This document shows positions 22,394-35,500 of a stretch of DNA of 64,000 bases, piece after piece; positions within the stretch are counted from its first letter, which is position 1; each line of letters begins with the position of its first letter. Under the pieces are notes generated by a model. It was not told where the DNA came from. It saw only the letters and a list, made by a program, of their open reading frames with translations, and ran no database searches. The translations under genes were made by a program, and so were the position numbers. The DNA is from Macrostomum hystrix (lineage: Eukaryota; Animalia; Platyhelminthes), in the NCBI GenBank assembly GCA_950097015.1, contig CATNEN010000012.1, forward strand, positions 3,720,001 to 3,784,000, in the 5' to 3' direction.

Positions 22394-25300
22394 TCATTCA
22401 ACAGTTTTCTTTTTCTGCACAATCGGCCAGAGAGGCTGTGCGCAGGCTTCGCTGCAATAGTCTACGGTAATTCTGCACTCGTATCGGCCGGAATCGTCGC
22501 TCAAGTAGAGCTGCTTCAACTCATTAATGGCAGCCTCTTCAATCTGAAACGGATATTTTTCGGAAGAAACACTTGCTGTACTAAATACATGCTTTGATAA
22601 CTTTAGAGTACATTCATTACTCTCCAACACACTGAAGTGCATAGCCCATCAGCCAACGCACCTGGATGAGATGCAGCGGTTTCGATAACCGCCGCCTAAG
22701 CACAGCCTGCTCAGCCTCGGCCGATGCCACAATCACTTTGAAGTTAGGCGACGCAAGCGTTAAATCTGTCGGCGCCTCGCTGTCGGGATAGTCAACAACT
22801 GGCACCGAGGTCGATGGCGGGGATGTTGATATCAGCGACGGCGGCGGCAGCGGCTTCCACGGGTTGCCAACGGTCTGTGACGGTGAAGGTCTAGACGGGG
22901 TTGGCGGCGAGCTAGCGGTGGCGGCGGCGGTGCTGGACGACTTCCGCTGGCGCTGAGACTGCCGCTTGAAAGCTGGCATCGAGACGCTGGAGGGCGTCGC
23001 AAGTGTCGCGGCAGTCGGCGCCGATTTCGACTGCATCTCTTCGGCCATGATGTCAGAGAGAGACGGTCGTGGATCTGCCTCATTGCTGACGATGGGAATT
23101 GAGTGTGTCTCACTGCTAGTGGCTGTTGCTGGTGACTTTGGCGGCGGTGACTGCTGCTGCTGCTTTAACTGTTGCGACTTGCGCTCACGTTGTGACTGCC
23201 GTTTAAAAGCTGCCAGGCGTCCGCCGGCAGCCGGTTGAGCCTCCCGATCTACAGCTGCTGCGGCATGGGTATTTTGCTGCTTTGCGGCACCCAGCAGCAG
23301 CCTGGCGGCGTAGCTAGCGCCACATGGCCTCGGAGGCGGAGCCGACAACTCATCTTCTGCGTCTTTCTCTTCCAGCAGTTCAGAACCAGCCACGCCAGGA
23401 GGAGTTAGTTCAGGCGACTTGACCAGCACGGCAGCAACTGGAGCGCATTCCGACTGAGACGTCGACAGGCTGCTGCCCCGACTCCGTCGCTGCCTCGCTG
23501 TCAACGCCTTGCCGACAACGACAGCATCAGCGACGACGACTGCTGAGGATGGCGTTGGCGGCGTCGGCAACGGAGTCTCGTCCGAGACAACTCCAGCCAA
23601 CCAGCGGTCAATCACTCGGCTGAGCCTCTCTCTTTGGTCCTCGTTGCCGATTGGCTGGAAGCGTCGGCCAGACGGTCGCAGCCGGCAGCGCAGATCGCGG
23701 CCCAAACAGGCGAGCAGGCCGGCGGGCAGGCGGGCCAGGCAGAGCCCGGCCAGCTCCAGCAGCGCCGGCAAGTTGTTGGCGGCGAACTGTCGGCAGGCGG
23801 CCAGCAACCGGTCGGCATTGCGGCTATCGGCCAAGACGGCCAGGCTGGCGAAGCTGCGCAGGTGAAGCCGCTGCGCCAGAGCGGCCTCGCTGGCCAGCCG
23901 GAGGCCTGGCAGCTGCAGATAGTCGGCCGAGTCCAGCAGATCCGGCGCCGGATCGTCCGGACTGTTCGGACTGCAGACGCTGGAGCTGCCGGTGTAGATG
24001 AAGTCCAAGATGCGGCTCAGCAGGCTAGCCGGGTAGGGCAGGCTCAGGCAGGCTGATGAGGTCTCTCGCCAGCCGCCGTGGCTGGACATCAGCATGGCGT
24101 CGAAGTAGTCGGAGCGGGCTGCCATCAGAGCGGAGTGGCAGAGCCAGCGCTTCGGTTCCAGCTGCGGCTCGACCGACGATTGGATGGTGAGGTCCGCAAA
24201 GTGGGCGGGGCCGGGACTGCAGCGGCTGATGGCTAGAGGCCTGCGGTTTGGGCTACGTGCAGATAGAAATGACTCCATGGACTTGGGAGAGATGAGACAG
24301 GAGAGAGATGAGAAATGAGAGATGAGAGATAACACAGGGGAGAGATGAGACACGGCAGAGATGAGACACGGGAGAGATGAGATGGGAGAGTTGAGAAATG
24401 AGAGATGAGAGATAACACAGGGGAGAGATGAGACACGGCAGAGATGAGACAGGGGAGAGATGAGAGAGATAAGCTTAAATCAATGGGCTACAAGCTCTGA
24501 AGGGAGCAGCCCAGAATAATTTAAAGGAAGGAACTCGAGGTCTCAATTTAAATTGCGAATCACTCACGGATCAGCTTCGAATCGTTGCATTTTGGCTGAC
24601 TTTAGGCGCAGAGCTTTGCAAGCATCGGCGAGACGCCCGCCACCGCCGCCGCCGCCGCCCTTGCCGCTGTACAGGTAGGTGAGAAGGTTAAACAGCTCAG
24701 CGCCAGTGAGAACATCGCTAGAAATCACAGCTAGATCAGGACTAGATTCAACCAATCGAAAGAATCGATTAGCCGAGTCCTGGCTATCAGGGCAATGCTC
24801 GCTAACCAGCCAGTCTGCGATCAGAGCTGACCGATCAGCCAGTAGAAATCGATGCGCCGATATGGAAACGCCATCGACGCCGACAAATCTCAGATCCACA
24901 GCTGTGCCGCCGTTCACCAGCAGGCCAGCCAGACAGTCGGACAATTCAGCCGCAGTCAGTGGCGCCGGCGGATCCGGCAGGTCGGTGAGGAAATGCCTCG
25001 GCGATAATTGCAAAGCGGCAAATGTGCGGCCGCGCGGATCGGCAAAGAGTGACGCTGCGCGGTGCAGACCAGGGATCGAGTCCGCCGGAGCGATCAGTTG
25101 CGAATTAGCCGATGCCGACGCCGACAGTGGGGCGAGGCGAGTAGGCGAGGCGAGGTCGACGCGGTAGCCGCGGCCGCGATCAGTGCCGATTAGCAGGATT
25201 CGGTGGGTCAGACAGGCGCTGGTGATCATACCCAGAGGTGCGGGCCGCGGACGCAGCCGGAGGGGCTGACGGCGAGATGGTACCAGTTCGGAACATTGTT

Positions 25301-28300
25301 CAGTAAACTGTATATCTGACTGCTATTATTATAGTTTTACAATTTCTGGTTTGAAGTCCCTAGTGTTTAAGAAAAAAACTCGTAGACTCATTCTCACCTG
25401 TTGCCAGCCTGGTTGCCATAGATACAATTCGCCGGCTATAGTTAGCAAGCACGCTGTCAAACTGCGGCCGAAATGTGACGGATCGTCAGCCAGCAGCACG
25501 ATGCGCAGACCGCTCCACTTTGGCGCCAGGTTGGTCACCTGTCATTTCTTAGTTCTTGCTGTTAAAAGCCACTCATACAGGTATTCTAATTCACTATTTA
25601 GTTCTGGAGTCGACAAAATTCCGCCAGCACAGCTCCAAGTCAGCCGCTGGCCCTTCACAACTTATCTATTACCGTCTTATCTCTCCCGAGTCTTATCTCT
25701 CTTGTATCTAATCTCTCCCGTGTCTTATCTCTCCTGTATCTCATCTCTCCCGTGTCTTATCTCTCTTGTATCTAATCTCTCCCGTGTCTTATCTCTCCCG
25801 TGTCTTATCTCTCCCGTGTCTTATCTCTCCTGTATCTCATCTCTCCCGTGTCTTATCTCTCTTGTATCTAATCTCTCCCGTGTCTGATCTCTCCCGTGTC
25901 TTATCTCTCCTGTATCTCATCTCTCCCGTGTCTTATCTCTCCTGTATCTCATCTCTCCCGTGTCTCATCCCTACCGTATCTAATCTCTCCCGTGTCTTAT
26001 CTCTCCCGTGTCTTATCTCTCCTGTATCTCATCTCTCCCGTGTCTTATCTCTCCTGTATCTAATCTCTCCCGTGTCTCATCCCTACCGTATCTCATCTCT
26101 CCTGTGTTTTATATCTTCCATGTCTTATCTCTCCCGTTTCGCATCTCTCCTGTGTCTCATCGCTCGCCTTTCTTATCTCTCCCGTGTCCCGTGTCGCTAC
26201 ACTATCAACCTAGCCTCTATTCTGTTGTCGTCTATCGAATTCTCTCTCTAGTGCTCTCAATGCAAATCAGATTGCCGAAGCCAGAATTAGAATCGCTAAA
26301 TATTTTTAAGTAGTCAAGCCAAGCAAATAATCAGAACCAACCTGTCCAGAGTGCAGCAAGAGTAGGCAGTGATCCCGCTGCTGCTGCTGCTGCTGCCTAT
26401 GCCGTTCTAGGTGCACCAATAGGGCTGAGTCGCAGCTAGCCCAGGCTAACACGCTGACGCTGCCGCCGCCGCTACCGCTACTAACACCAATAGCGGAGTC
26501 CCAGAGGGCTGAAGAACTGTCTTGCTGCTGCTGCTGCTGCGGCTGGTTATGACGGTGCATTTGGGACACGCAAGCCAGAGGTGTAGGTCGGGTCACTAGC
26601 CTTGGCTGCTGCTGCTTTAGCAGAGGATGGCCGAATTGCCCGCGGTCTTGGCCCCAGACAAAGACCTGCAGTATTGTATGGCAAGAGGGAGCAAGTGAGC
26701 AGGTGGAACAGGTAAGGCAGTCAGAATCAATACAGACTAAGAAACGGTTTAGATAGACTCATTAAAGAAAGGCTAAGAAAAGTGTTAAGACACGCTAAAA
26801 AACTAAAGGCTGGAATAGGTGAGACAGATTGTAACAGGTAACAACTGTAACAGAGAAGTTAGAGCTGAAATGTGCTTAAAGGGTAAAACAGACTCGAATA
26901 GGAAATGTGTATTTAAACAACTGTAGAAATACTGCATTTAAACACACTTATAGAGAGGTTTCGAAGGGGGGTGAGTGGCAGAGCGGTCTAACGCGTTTGC
27001 CTCTCGCACCAACGTCCCTGAGCTCGATTCCGCGGCGAGGCCACATTAATTTAGGTTGCAGCCACGGAGAGAAGGCTTGGGGCTTGTCGTGCAATTTACC
27101 CCATTGAGGGCTAACCTAAAAGGCACAGTTGAGAGTGTACACTGCCTGACGATTAGAAAGTCAGGGCAGATGTACGCTCGTACACCTGTGTGAGTGCGTG
27201 CCTACGTACGGTATCTGTGTGCGTGTGTACTCAGCCAGCGAAATGGGCAGAATTGCCTGCTCGCTGGTTGCGGGTCCAGTGTCACCAAATGATGGGCCAT
27301 TGCCCGCAGCCCTCCTGCAATTACTATTACTATTGAGATTTAGAAGACATGTGATTACCCGAAGCCAACCAAGATATACCTGAGAATCAGTGACAACCAT
27401 AGAGTGGTATCTGGCCGCCGAGATGCCAAGAATGCGTCGACCCGGCTCCGGCCGCCAGCCAGCGACGGGACGTGGCAGATGCTGCTGCTGCTGCTGAGAT
27501 CCAGCAACACCAGTAGACCCGAGGACGACACCAGCGGAGGCAGCGGGGTCGCAGCCAGCCAGCCAGAGCCGGCCGGACCTGGTTAACATGAGAGTGTGCT
27601 CACGGCCCACTGACACTGCTCGGACGGGATCCGACTGCGGCAGCTGAGCAGGCAGTGGCAGCGGGGTCGGCTCGGCGGCAAGAGAGGCGGCCGACGCTGC
27701 CAGACCCAGCCGGTGCTGGCCGAAGCCGCAGACAAAGACGCGACCGTCGGCTGTCAGGAATGCGCTGTGATAGACTCCTAGAGAGACGCCGATAACGCCA
27801 GCATCCGGCAGGCTTGACACGAGTTCGGCCCGACAGTCAGAGTGGCCGGTCAGGCGGCCCAGGGTGTGGTTGGCCGCGTCGCCCCAGGTGTAGGCGTCAT
27901 AGCCTGGGCAGGCTTCGGCCGGTGAGCCGGGCAAAGCTGCCAACGAGGGTACATCAAGCAGAGTGGCCAAGTCTATAGGCGTCAGGCCGTCGTGGTCTAC
28001 TGACGCCAGACTGGCATTTGCGGACTGGTGGAAATGTTGGAGACAATCCACAGATGTACTGTATACAGATGCTCAGCCAGAACAGGTTGCCAATGTTCTT
28101 ATATTGCCATTTTTCTCACTCGCCCTTCCTCTCCAGCTCTCGCCCTTCCTCTCCAGCTCTCGCCACTCCTCTCTAGCTCTCACCATTCCTCACTAGCTCT
28201 CGCCCTTCTTCTCCAGCTCTCGCTCTTCTTCTCTAGCTCTCGCTCTTCTTCTCTAGCTCTCGCTCTTCTTCTCTAGCTCTCGCCCTTCTTCTCTAGCTCT

Positions 28301-30160
28301 CGCGCATCCTCTCTAGCTCTCGCTCTTCTCTAAATCTCGCCTATCCTCTCTTGCTCTCGCCCTTCCTCTCCAGCTCTCGCCCTTCCTCTCCAGCTCTCGC
28401 CACTCCTCTCTAGCTCTCACCATTCCTCACTAGCGCTCGCCCTTCTTCTCCAGCTCTCGCTCTTCTTCTCCAGCTCTCGCTCTTCTTCTCTAGCTCTCGC
28501 TCTTCTTCTCTAGCTCTCGCTCTTCTTCTCTAGCTCTCGCTCTTCTTCTCCAGCTCTCGCTCTTCTTCTCTAGCTTTCGCCCTTCTTCTCTAGCTTTCGC
28601 CCTTCTCTAAATCTCGCCTATCCTCTCTTGCTCTCGCCCTTCCTCTCTAGCTCTCGCCCTTTCTCTCTAGCTCTCACCATTCCTCACCAGCGCTCGCCCT
28701 TCTTCTCCAGCTCTCGCTCTTCTTCTCCAGCTCTCGCTCTTCTTCTCTAGCTCTCGCTCTTCTTCTCTAGCTTTCGCCCTTCTTCTCTAGCTTTCGCCCT
28801 TCTCTAAATCTCGCCTATCCTCTCTTGCTCTCGCCCTTCCTCTCTAGCTCTCGCCCTTTCTCTCTAGCTCTCACCATTCCTCACCAGCGCTCGCCCTTCT
28901 TCTCCAGCTCTCGCTCTTCTTCTCCAGCTCTCGCTCTTCTTCTCTAGCTCTCGCCCTTCTTCTCTAGCTCTCGCTCTTCTTCTCCAGCTCTCGCTCTTCT
29001 TCTCTAGCTCTCGCCCTTCTTCTCTAGCTCTCGCTCTTCTTCTCCAGCTCTCGCTCTTCTTCTCTAGCTCTCGCCCTTCTTCTCTAGCTCTCGCCCTTCT
29101 TCTCCAGCTCTCGCTCTTCTTCTCTAGCTCTCGCCCTTCTTCTCTAGCTCTCGCCCTTCTTCTCTAGCTCTCGCGCATCCTCTCTAGCTCTCGCTCTTCT
29201 CTAAATCTCGCCTATCCTCTCTTGCTCTCGCCCTTCCTCTCTAGCTCTCGCCCTTTCTCTCTAGCTCTCACCATTCCTCACCAGCGCTCGCCCTTCTTCT
29301 CCAGCTCTCGCTCTTCTTTTCTATCTCTCGCGCTTCCTCTCTAGCTCTCGCCCTTCTTCTCTAGCTTTCGCCCTTCCTCTCTAGCTTTCGCCCTTCCTCT
29401 CTAGCTCTCGCCCTTCCTCTCTAGCTTTCGCCCTTCCTCTCTAGCTCTCGCGCATCCTCTCTAGCTCTCGCTCTTCTCTAAATCTCGCCCATCTTATCTG
29501 GCTCTCGCCCATCCTCTCTAGCTCTCGCCCTTCCTCTCTAGCTCTCACCATTCCTCACCAGCGCTCGCCCTTCTTCTCCAGCTCTCGCTCTTCTTTTCTA
29601 TCTCTCGCGCTTCCTCTCTAGCTCTTGATTTATTCTCTGGTTCTATTGCGCTATAGATTTAATATCTTATTAAATCTCGCTGCTCACTCGCTGCTCACTA
29701 GAAATGTTGGCAAAAAAGCGTTGCTCACAGCAATGAGATACACAGCAGCCTCCAACTGTCCGTGATAGACGCATCTGTGCAACGGTGTCCAGCCGTTTTC
29801 CAAGTCCCGCGCCTCGACATCCATCCCATGGGAATTAATAAGCCGATTGAGCAGTCGCGAACTGGCACCGGCAGAGGCCGCCAGGTGAAGCGGCGTCCGA
29901 CCCAGCTGGTCGGCGGCCTGGCCAATGTTGGCGCAAAGCTTGACCAACTTCATGGCCGATTCGTCAGCGCTATTCACTTCCTTGGTTTGGCGACCATCAT
30001 TGGAATGACTCAACGACTGCGGCCGCAGCAGCAGCAGGTGACTGAGAGCGGCGTTGATCTCCAGGCAGTGCCGTCTGGAGCGACATCGAGCTCCGCAGTG
30101 CGTCTCCGGGCTGTTGGAGCTGAGATCGGCTGCTGTTTCGACGATAATCGATTTAGACAT
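22394..30160 (-). CDS. IBTK: Inhibitor of Bruton tyrosine kinase homolog (ANK-RCC1-BTB-BTB), 1336 aa
   Basis: Exons 30160-29729, 28024-27380, 26665-26342, 25538-25398, 25307-24568, 24240-22662, 22543-22394, all phase-compatible GT-AG. IBTK-like segments CGARCRSRRH, DLENGWTPLHR, YTWGDAANHTLG, two BTB starts, and C-terminal SKPLHLIQIEEAAINEL. Confidence 0.93.
24286..24470 (-). repeat. 16-bp-family minisatellite in IBTK intron 5, inverted relative to the intron-3 array
   Basis: gagagatgagacacgg units are the reverse complement of the 25676-26190 units. Confidence 0.85.
25676..26190 (+). repeat. 16-bp minisatellite (tctcccgtgtcttatc) in IBTK intron 3
   Basis: About 30 degenerate copies. Confidence 0.9.
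26966..27334 (+). mobile_element. tRNA-derived SINE, copy 1 (IBTK intron 2)
   Basis: A-box-like TGGCAGAGCGG (26976-26986), B-box-like GAGCTCGATTCC (27020-27031); body and ccattgcccgcagc..(att)n tail shared with 37127-37431. Confidence 0.78.
28118..29625. repeat. CT-rich 20-bp minisatellite (ctctcgcccttcttctctag) filling IBTK intron 1
   Basis: About 1.5-kb tandem array with recurring variant blocks. Confidence 0.93.
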
Positions 30161-30371
30161 CTTCAGCGTGGGGCGAGGGGATCGATGAGGGAATCTGTGA
30201 GGGCGCCTAAGGCGCGACCCGACTAGAGGGAAGGGGAAGCGCAGCGCGCGTCCTTAGGCAGCCTGAAAAATCAGAGGGATAAGAAATCTAACGTACGACT
30301 CAAAAACATTTTCCGATTTGAAAAGCTAAAAAGCAAACGGGAGGCACTATAGCCCAACTAAAGAGCTTTTT

Positions 30372-30808
30372 AGTACCGACCAATCACACGCCAGATAGTT
30401 TTCAGTACTGACAAATCACAGGCTAGACACTTTTCAGTACTGACAAATCACAGGCTAGACACTTTTCAGTACTGACAAATCACAGGCTAGACACTTTTCA
30501 GTACTGACCAATCACAGGCTAGATACTTCAGTATTGACCAATCACAGGCTAGATACTTCAGTATTGACCAATCACAGGCTAGACACTTTTCAGTACTGAC
30601 CAATCACAGGCTAGACACTTCAGTATTGACTAATCACAGGCTAGACAATTTTAAGTACTGACAAATGACAGGCTAGACACTTCAGTATTGACCAATCACA
30701 GGCTTGACACTTTTCAGTATTGACCAATCACAGGCTAGACACTTTTCAGTAGTGACCAATCACGTGTGGGACACTTTTTAGTACTGACCAATCACAGGCG
30801 AGACACTT
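30372..30808. repeat. 31-32-bp minisatellite carrying CCAAT (gaccaatcacagg), upstream of the IBTK ATG
   Basis: About 13 copies; many have CCAAT and others CAAAT. Confidence 0.88.
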
Positions 30809-31725
30809 TTAGCGCTCACGAATCAGAAACAGCAAATATTTCACGTCCGACCAATCAGAATGAAGTCATTCAATTCTATTTTAATGTACCGATGGGCAGT
30901 CACTGTGTAATTGAAACCACTCTACAATATTTAACAGTGGTTAAGAATTTTATCTAATCTTAAATCCTAAAGGAATTAGTATAAGAGTTTCACAATAATG
31001 AATTCAAGCAAAGTTCACATTTTAAGACAAAACAAACAACTTGATAAGCAATGATACACGGTGATAAGTTATATTGTAGTGTGCACATGATGTAATTAAT
31101 CAATATCTGGGCTAAGATCACAAAATTCATAGTAGCTTCAATTTATTACAATCGAGAATTTCTGCATCGAGACATTTATCTGGTAAAGAAGCAAAGCGTT
31201 ATCATAATGGTGTCTAAGGAAAGCGGGCTGACAAAGTACAACGGCACTGATAAGATTGACACAACAGGAGTGTACTATTTGATACGCTAATTAACACAAA
31301 CTCAATGACATTAGGCAGTGCAATTGTACGAGTAACATGTTTAGAATTCATTGTGCCATGCTTATCATACGGGTCTTGCAGTGAGTGTAATGCTCGCCGT
31401 ATTGCAATGAGTAAGATTTTAGTATACTCGACACCTTTATGAAAACCATTCTAGGGACTTGAATGCATCACAGAACAGATCAGAATCTTTAACATGGGCA
31501 ACGATGGAAAATTTATTATAGAAAGATGCGAAAAAATCAGATAATTCAGTCGCCGGTTAAGCAATATTTCAGAAATCAACTCAGAAATCGAAAAGCAATC
31601 AAAATAACTAAACAGTGCCATCAACTAAAAAGAGCTATTTTCTTGTTACTTTATCAGTTTTTAATTAAGCTGAATTTGTATAAAATGTCTACAATACAAT
31701 GACAACTAGTTCAAAGGAAGTTTTT

Positions 31726-31980
31726 TTGTGGTGGGTCTGAAAGCACAAATGTACACTCAGAAAGGGAGAGAGAATGAGGTGGTGGGTCTGAGGGCGTAAA
31801 TGTACACTCAGAAAGGGAGAGAGAATGAGGTGGTGGGTCTGAGGGCACAAATGTACACTTAGAAAGGGAGAGAGAATGAGGTGGTGGGTCTGAGGGCACA
31901 AATGTACACTCAGAAAGGGAAGGAGAATGAGGTGGTGGGTCTGAGGGCACAAATGTACACCTACAAAGGGAGAGAGAATC
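31726..31980. repeat. 51-bp minisatellite, about 5 copies
   Basis: gtacactcag at 31751 and 31802. Confidence 0.88.
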
Positions 31981-32531
31981 AGATTGTGTATCTTTATGAT
32001 AAATGGATTGCTGGGCATACTGGATAATTTTCTAGGAAGTATTTAGCGCTTGTAATAAAAAATCCCTACAAAAATGTATTGCAAATTTGAATGGCAAATC
32101 ACTAGGTAGTAATTCTTCAGTGCTGAATAAATGAAACGAAATACGTAGTTGCAATCTGCATCACAAAAATGATTGAATAGGAAACAATACTAAAATTGGA
32201 TATTAGAGGAAACAGTAAAATCTGATAATAGCTGAGCAGCTTTTGCAGAAAAAATTATTGCGACCTCGTAGGCAGATTTCGATTTTGTTCTTAAGCTAAA
32301 TCAATGACTCAATTCTGATATGTTCGACAAAGAAACTGCTATTGTTAACGCATAGACTAAATTAATTATATAAGTTTTAGTCAAAGAATTGAAAAGGAAA
32401 CAATAAAATACAAAAATATTGTGACAATAAAAACGAATCACTAATCCGTTATGGAAACAAGTTATTTTTTTCTAACCTTCTATGGTCCACTGCACCAAAG
32501 TGGTTTTAAAAATAAAATAAACTAAAATTGC

Positions 32532-35500
32532 CTACTGTTGCCCAATACCACCAAGTAGTTTAATAATTTGCATTTTTACATCCTTGGTAGCCTCGCCGGC
32601 TTTGGGAATGATGACGCGGTCCATATCAGTGAGATGGGTGACACCGTCCTTGTCTGTGTCGCCGTACTTAAAGGTAATGAGCTCCGGAAGGCGCTTTTTT
32701 GAAGTGATTTTTACCACCTTCACTAGCGGCCTGCGGGCAACAATGGCCGCCATGCCGGGCTGCTTGGGGCAGAGACGCAACAAGTACAGATGCTGCTGGC
32801 GCACGATTAGATGTCCGGGCGTCTGCTGAGAATCGTCGCCTAGCAACAGGGAGCACGGGTAGCTGCTAACGGCCTCTCGCTGCCAGGTGGAGACGCTCAC
32901 CTGAGGCGATTAAGAATGGGCTAATGATGACATACATGGGCAAGGGAATGATCAGGGAAAATTCAATAACAGAGAGCAAGAGCACACGAAAAAAACTAGT
33001 TGGTGACAAGTCGTGGAATAAGAAGAGGAAGGGGCAATGAACTGGGAGGAGTTGAGAGCCTAGGATTGAGGAGGGTTGACTAGGATAGACAAGGAAAGAC
33101 TAGGATAGAGAAGGAAAGACTGGGATAGAGAATGAAAGGCTAGGATAGAGAATGATAGACAAGGATAAAGAAGGATAGACTAGGATAAAGAAGGATAGAC
33201 CAGGAAAGACTAGGATAGAGAAGGATATACTAGGATAGAGAAGGATAGACTAGGATAGAGAAGGATAGACTAGGATAGAGAAGGATAGACCAGGAAAGAC
33301 TAGGATAGAGAAGGATGGACCAGGGTAGACTAGGATAAAGAAGGATAGACTAGGATAGAGAAGGATAGACTAGGATAGAGAAGGATAGACCAGGAAAGAC
33401 TAGGATAGAGAAGGATGGACCAGGATAGACTAGGATAGAGAAGGATAGACTAGGATAGACTAGAATAGACGAGGATAGAAAGTGGTTATAAACAGTATTG
33501 AAAATAAACAGACAAGATAGTTTCCAATCATATTAAAATGGGTGCGGGAAATGACCAGTTAAAAAAAGAACCAAAAGGTAAGCCACTCACGAGCTCCTCG
33601 GCCTCATCTTCATCTTCATCTTCGGCTTCTAAGCTGAACACGTCGCCAGTGTTGCGATAAGAATTGCTGCCGCTGCCGGTCGAGTCCGTGACGCCGACAA
33701 TCGCGCTGCCGGCATGAGCTAACTGGCTCATCTTAGTTACTAGGCTGTCGGCCTTATGGCGTAGTCGCCTTAGCAACTGTTGCTGCTGCTCGCCCGGCTT
33801 TGAAAATGGTAGCTGTCGGGAATGCTTCGGGCTTGGCGCTTGTTGTTGTTGCTGCTGCTGCTGCTGCGGGGACAGTCCAGCCGAGGCAGACGCGGCTGTG
33901 GCGCACTCCGGGCAGGTCATGGCGCAGTGGTCGGCCAGTCTGGCGGGGCCCAGCTCGCGGTGGAGAGCAGTGTAGCCGCCTGGAAACAAGCTGACACCGG
34001 GGCACAGGCGGCGCAACAACTGGGCAGCCACCAGCACGGTGGTGGTGTCGTCCTCCTTGCGGCCGTGCCCGCTGACGCACAGCGGACCATTGGCGGTGCG
34101 CACTACGGCAGACATGGCCGAGTCGAATTCGGCTGGCCGGCTGAGCAGCAGGCCGCTGTCCAGATTGTAAGCGCCGGCCAGGTGACCCCGGTTGTACAGC
34201 TCCGGCGAGCGAACGTCCACCTAGAGGCAGGGTTAACGGAGCAGGCACGATAGGAGCCTTATATCACAATCTGGGAACCAGGATAAAATTACACAATAAT
34301 CCCGAATCTTCCCAGATCCAATCCAGGATCTTACGCAATGATCAAGAATCTTCCCAGGTCCCAATCCAGAATCCGTACACAATGATCCCGAATCTTCCCA
34401 GGCCCCTATCCAGGATCCTTACACGATGATCCCGAATCTTTCCAGGTCCCAATCCAGAATCCGTACACAATGATCCCGAATCTTCCCAGGCCCCTATCCA
34501 GGATCCTTACACGATGATCCCGAATCTTTCCAGGTCCCAATCCAGGATCCTTACACAATGATCCCGAATCTTTCCAGGTCCCAATCCAGGATCCTTACAC
34601 AATAATCCCGAATCTTGCCAGATCCAATCCAGGATCTTACGCAATGATCAAGAATCTTCCCAGGTCCCAATCCAGGATCCGTATACAATGATCCCGAATC
34701 TTCCGAGGTCCCAATCCAGGATCCTTACACAATGATCCCGAATCTTCCCAGGTCCCAATCCAGGATCCTTACACAATGATCCCGAATCTTCCCAGGTCCC
34801 AATCCAGGATCCTTACACAATGATCCCGAATCTTCCCAGGTCCCAATCCAGGATCCTTACACAATGATCCCGAATCTTCCCAGATCCAATCCAGGATCTT
34901 ACGCAATGATCAAGAATCTTCCCAGGTCCCAATCCAGGATCCTTACACAATGATCCCGAATCTTCCCAGGTCCCAATCCAGGATCCTTACACAATGATCC
35001 CGAATCTTCCCAGATCCAATCCAGGATCTTACACAATGATCCCGAATCTTTCCAGGTCCCAATCCAGGATCCTTACACAGTTATCACCGCAAAAAAGCAG
35101 GATGAACACAAACCAAGGTGAAGGGCGGATCCCGGATAACTTCAGCCAAGGTGACTGGCAGGCAGAGCGCCATCAGCAAGTCGGCTTCTGGCTCGGCGTC
35201 ACCAAACAGAGCAGCCGTGAATAGAGTGCGCAGGCTGGCCGGCGTGCGACACGCGTAGTGCTGCGCCAGTGCGCACAGATCGGCTACGTCGGCAACGCCG
35301 AGAGCGCTGGGCGTAGCGGCCAACATGCGGCGAACGGCATCAGCTTTGGCGTCTGGGCCTAGCAGCGACTCTTTGCAGTTCACAACGAACACTAGGCCTG
35401 GGGGAGACAGGCACGGATGCATGATGGTTAGGATAGTTAGCGAGTTATAATGATGAATGAGGACGTATGGACCTCAGGATAAGGACAGAAAAGGATAGAG

